From an uncultured delta proteobacterium (lineage in GTDB: Bacteria > Desulfobacterota > Syntrophia > Syntrophales > UBA5619): a stretch of DNA of 64,000 nucleotides. Position 1 is the first letter of the stretch, and each line of letters starts with the position of its first letter. The translations under genes were made by a program, and so were the position numbers. The stretch lies in the NCBI GenBank assembly GCA_963817385.1, contig CAWFOM010000004.1:27691-91690 (forward strand), read 5' to 3'. The notes under the pieces were generated by a model. The model was given only the letters and a program-made list of their open reading frames with translations. It was not told where the DNA came from and ran no database searches. Of this stretch, positions 61,937 to 64,000 are shown piece after piece.

Positions 61937-62035
61937 GCGGGCGAAGACGTCGCGGATTACACTGATAACCATTCGTATTATAAGATTATTAATTTACCGC
62001 GGGATCATCCTGACTGCGGGGGCTGCGTCGCGGAG

Positions 62036-62095
62036 GTGCGGTATTTATTCCCACTATCGGCCTTCAAATGGGGCAGGTGGGAATCTTTTCACCAC
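62036..62095. promoter_or_regulatory. Tandem 19-bp imperfect palindromes, putative enhancer-binding-protein sites
   Basis: GTGCGGTATTTATTCCCAC (62036) and GTGGGAATCTTTTCACCAC (62077), 41 bp apart, 100-160 bp upstream of the sigma-54 site. Confidence 0.55.
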
Positions 62096-62173
62096 GCGGT
62101 TCTCAATCACCCAGAGAGGCGCGACGGATCGATTAAAGTTATCGGATAGGGATGCCGATAATAAAATCAAAAG

Positions 62174-62324
62174 GACGGTCTACGGTGTTCGTTATTCGTT
62201 CGTGATAGTGGAATCTAACACACAAAAACCCAAGAGCCTTATTTGGTGACTATCACCCGTAGAAGGCTGAGGGTACAGAGATGTGATTCCATCTCAGGAC
62301 AAAACGGCATTGGTGGATCCCGTT
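62174..62324 (+). ncRNA. ssrS: Probable 6S RNA
   Basis: Rod fold by eye: GTCTACGGTGTTCGTT/AACGGCATTGGTGGAT, GTGGAATC/GATTCCAT, A-rich central bubble, AGCCTT/AAGGCT, GGTGA/TCACC apex; TAAAAT upstream and a terminator downstream. Confidence 0.7.
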
Positions 62325-62363
62325 GCCCCCCGAGGAGAATTCCTGCTGGGGGGCTTTTATTTT
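62325..62363 (+). terminator. Intrinsic terminator after the ncRNA
   Basis: GCCCCCC...GGGGGGC followed by TTTTATTTT. Confidence 0.75.
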
Positions 62364-62452
62364 AACGGGCGGTCGCCACGCCCATGGAGAGCTTCCCGCC
62401 TCGCTGTTTGCATGGCGCCTTCCTGTCCATCCCGCCCGTAGCCAATATCTCC

Positions 62453-62481
62453 TTGACATGCAAGACCGCTTTCCGTATCCT
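62453..62481 (+). promoter_or_regulatory. Putative sigma-70 promoter for the aminotransferase
   Basis: TTGACA-17 nt-TATCCT. Confidence 0.55.
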
Positions 62482-62570
62482 TATATTCGCGTATTCACGC
62501 AAAAGCAATTTTTTATCAATCCGGCTTTCTTTATCCTATCCCCCTGTATAAAGAAGAGAAGAGGTATGGA

Positions 62571-63848
62571 ATGGTTTTTCAGAAATTATCCCGCGCAGAT
62601 CTTTTAAAACAGCGCGAAGAACTGCAGAAGCGCTATGACACGTATGCCGCCCGGAAACTCAACCTGGATATGACGCGGGGAAAACCCTGTCCGGAACAAT
62701 TGGACCTCTCGAACGCTTTAACCGCTATCCTGACCGATAAGGATTTTAGCGCATCCGACGGTACGGACTGCCGGAATTACGGCGGTCTGGACGGACTCCC
62801 CGAAGCGAAAAAATTATTCGCCGAGTATCTGGAAGTCGCTCCCGATGAAATTATCATCGGCGGAAACTCCAGTTTAACCCTGATAACCGATGTACTGTAC
62901 CAGGCCATGATTTCCGGCCTATCGGGCAGTCCCGTACCCTGGGGAAAACTTCCGAAAGTAAAATTTCTCTGCCCTTCTCCGGGTTACGACCGGCATTTCG
63001 CGATTCTGGAATACCTCAATATCGAAATGATAACCATCGAACTGAAAGACGACGGCCCGGATATGGACGCCGTGGAAAAGCTCGCCGCGGAGGACGGCTC
63101 AATCAAGGGCATTTTCTGCGTCCCGAAATATTCGAATCCTACCGGAATAACCTATTCCGACGCCGTAGTGGACCGTCTGGCGAAGATGAAAACAACGGCT
63201 CCCGATTTCACCATCATGTGGGACAACGCATATACCGCGCATCACTTAAGCAATACCCCGGACAGACTCAAGAACCTGCTTGCGGCCTGCAAGGAAACCG
63301 GAAATCCGGAACGAGTGCTGATTTTGAGCTCCACTTCCAAACTGACCTTAGCCGGAGCGGGAATCGCTATGATCGGCGGCAGTAAAAAGAACATGGATGT
63401 TTTACGCAAGCGGCTTTCCATACAGACCATCGGCCCGGATAAAATGAACCAACTGCGGCACTGCCGTTTCTTTAAGTCCATGGCCGATATTGAAGCGCAT
63501 ATGAAAAAGCATGCCGTGATCATTAAACCCAAATTTGACGCTGCCCTGGAAGTCCTGGAGAAAGAACTGGGTGGAAAAAACATCGCTTCCTGGACAAAAC
63601 CGAACGGCGGCTACTTCATCAGCGTCGATTCTCCGGATAACTGCGCGAAAGCCGTAATCAATCTTTCCGCTAACGCCGGCGTTAAACTGACCCCGGCGGG
63701 ATCCACCTACCCGTACAAAAAGGACCCGAAAGATCGGAATATCCGCATTGCGCCGACATTTCCTTCTTCCGACGACATTCATACCGCGACGGAAATTTTC
63801 TGCGTGGCTCTCCAGATTACCGCGATCGACCGGCTACTGGGCAAATAG
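62571..63848 (+). CDS. PLP-dependent class I aminotransferase (Rv3722c/AspT-like aspartate aminotransferase family)
   Basis: LDMTRGKP, DCRNYGG, PGYDRHF, SNPTG, WDNAY, STSK, IRIAP. Confidence 0.9.
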   Translation: MVFQKLSRADLLKQREELQKRYDTYAARKLNLDMTRGKPCPEQLDLSNALTAILTDKDFSASDGTDCRNYGGLDGLPEAKKLFAEYLEVAPDEIIIGGNSSLTLITDVLYQAMISGLSGSPVPWGKLPKVKFLCPSPGYDRHFAILEYLNIEMITIELKDDGPDMDAVEKLAAEDGSIKGIFCVPKYSNPTGITYSDAVVDRLAKMKTTAPDFTIMWDNAYTAHHLSNTPDRLKNLLAACKETGNPERVLILSSTSKLTLAGAGIAMIGGSKKNMDVLRKRLSIQTIGPDKMNQLRHCRFFKSMADIEAHMKKHAVIIKPKFDAALEVLEKELGGKNIASWTKPNGGYFISVDSPDNCAKAVINLSANAGVKLTPAGSTYPYKKDPKDRNIRIAPTFPSSDDIHTATEIFCVALQITAIDRLLGK

Positions 63849-63966
63849 TAGATCCCGCACCGAGGACGGGTGTTTCCTCTTGACATTTAGCCCCGGTTTT
63901 GGTCTATTTTGCGCATCCTAAGGCAAGTTCAAATCAAGAAACATTTTAGACGAAAGGAGCTTGAAA

Positions 63967-64000
63967 ATGCGATTCTTCAAACGTTTCCTCGCGGTTGTCC
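63967..64000 (+). CDS. Start of a probably exported protein (partial)
   Basis: AAGGAG RBS then MRFFKRFLAVV; truncated by the window end. Confidence 0.5.
   Translation, partial: MRFFKRFLAVV

Overview
64 kb of bacterial chromosome, inferred from gene content (CheD/HDOD, TctC, CooF/CooS-like, sigma-54 promoter) to be an anaerobic Desulfobacterota/Syntrophales-like organism. About 12 single-base frameshifts in otherwise intact genes, several at homopolymer runs, suggest long-read consensus errors. Contents in order: hemH-hemY; CheD-like + HDOD; IorAB-type molybdoenzyme; MrfAB-like helicase/exonuclease + DUF488; a lower-GC islet (cyclase-like ORF, AAA ATPase + RloB); a beta-oxidation/transport cluster; yybP-ykoY riboswitch + TerC; two tandem LeuCD-like pairs and two TctC paralogues; a cooF / degenerate cooS / FAD-oxidoreductase operon; a Pif1-WYL helicase coupled to an internally deleted integron integrase, followed by attI and a 7-attC array rich in toxin-antitoxin cassettes; an ABC importer + HAD phosphatase; sugar-nucleotide genes; a sigma-54-preceded envelope thiol/selenol cluster; a probable 6S RNA; and an aminotransferase. 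Strongest novel-looking signals: (1) a selenoprotein missed by the ORF track (C-P-S-U plus SECIS-like hairpin) built on a 5'-nucleotidase fold that has lost its metal ligands, inside a Dsb/DUF2318/ABC cluster; (2) a CODH homologue lacking most NiFeS-cluster ligands but kept in a cooF-cooS-FNOR operon; (3) a frozen integron coupled to Pif1-WYL, carrying a MenT-like nucleotidyltransferase cassette. All family calls are by eye from motifs; no database search was run.
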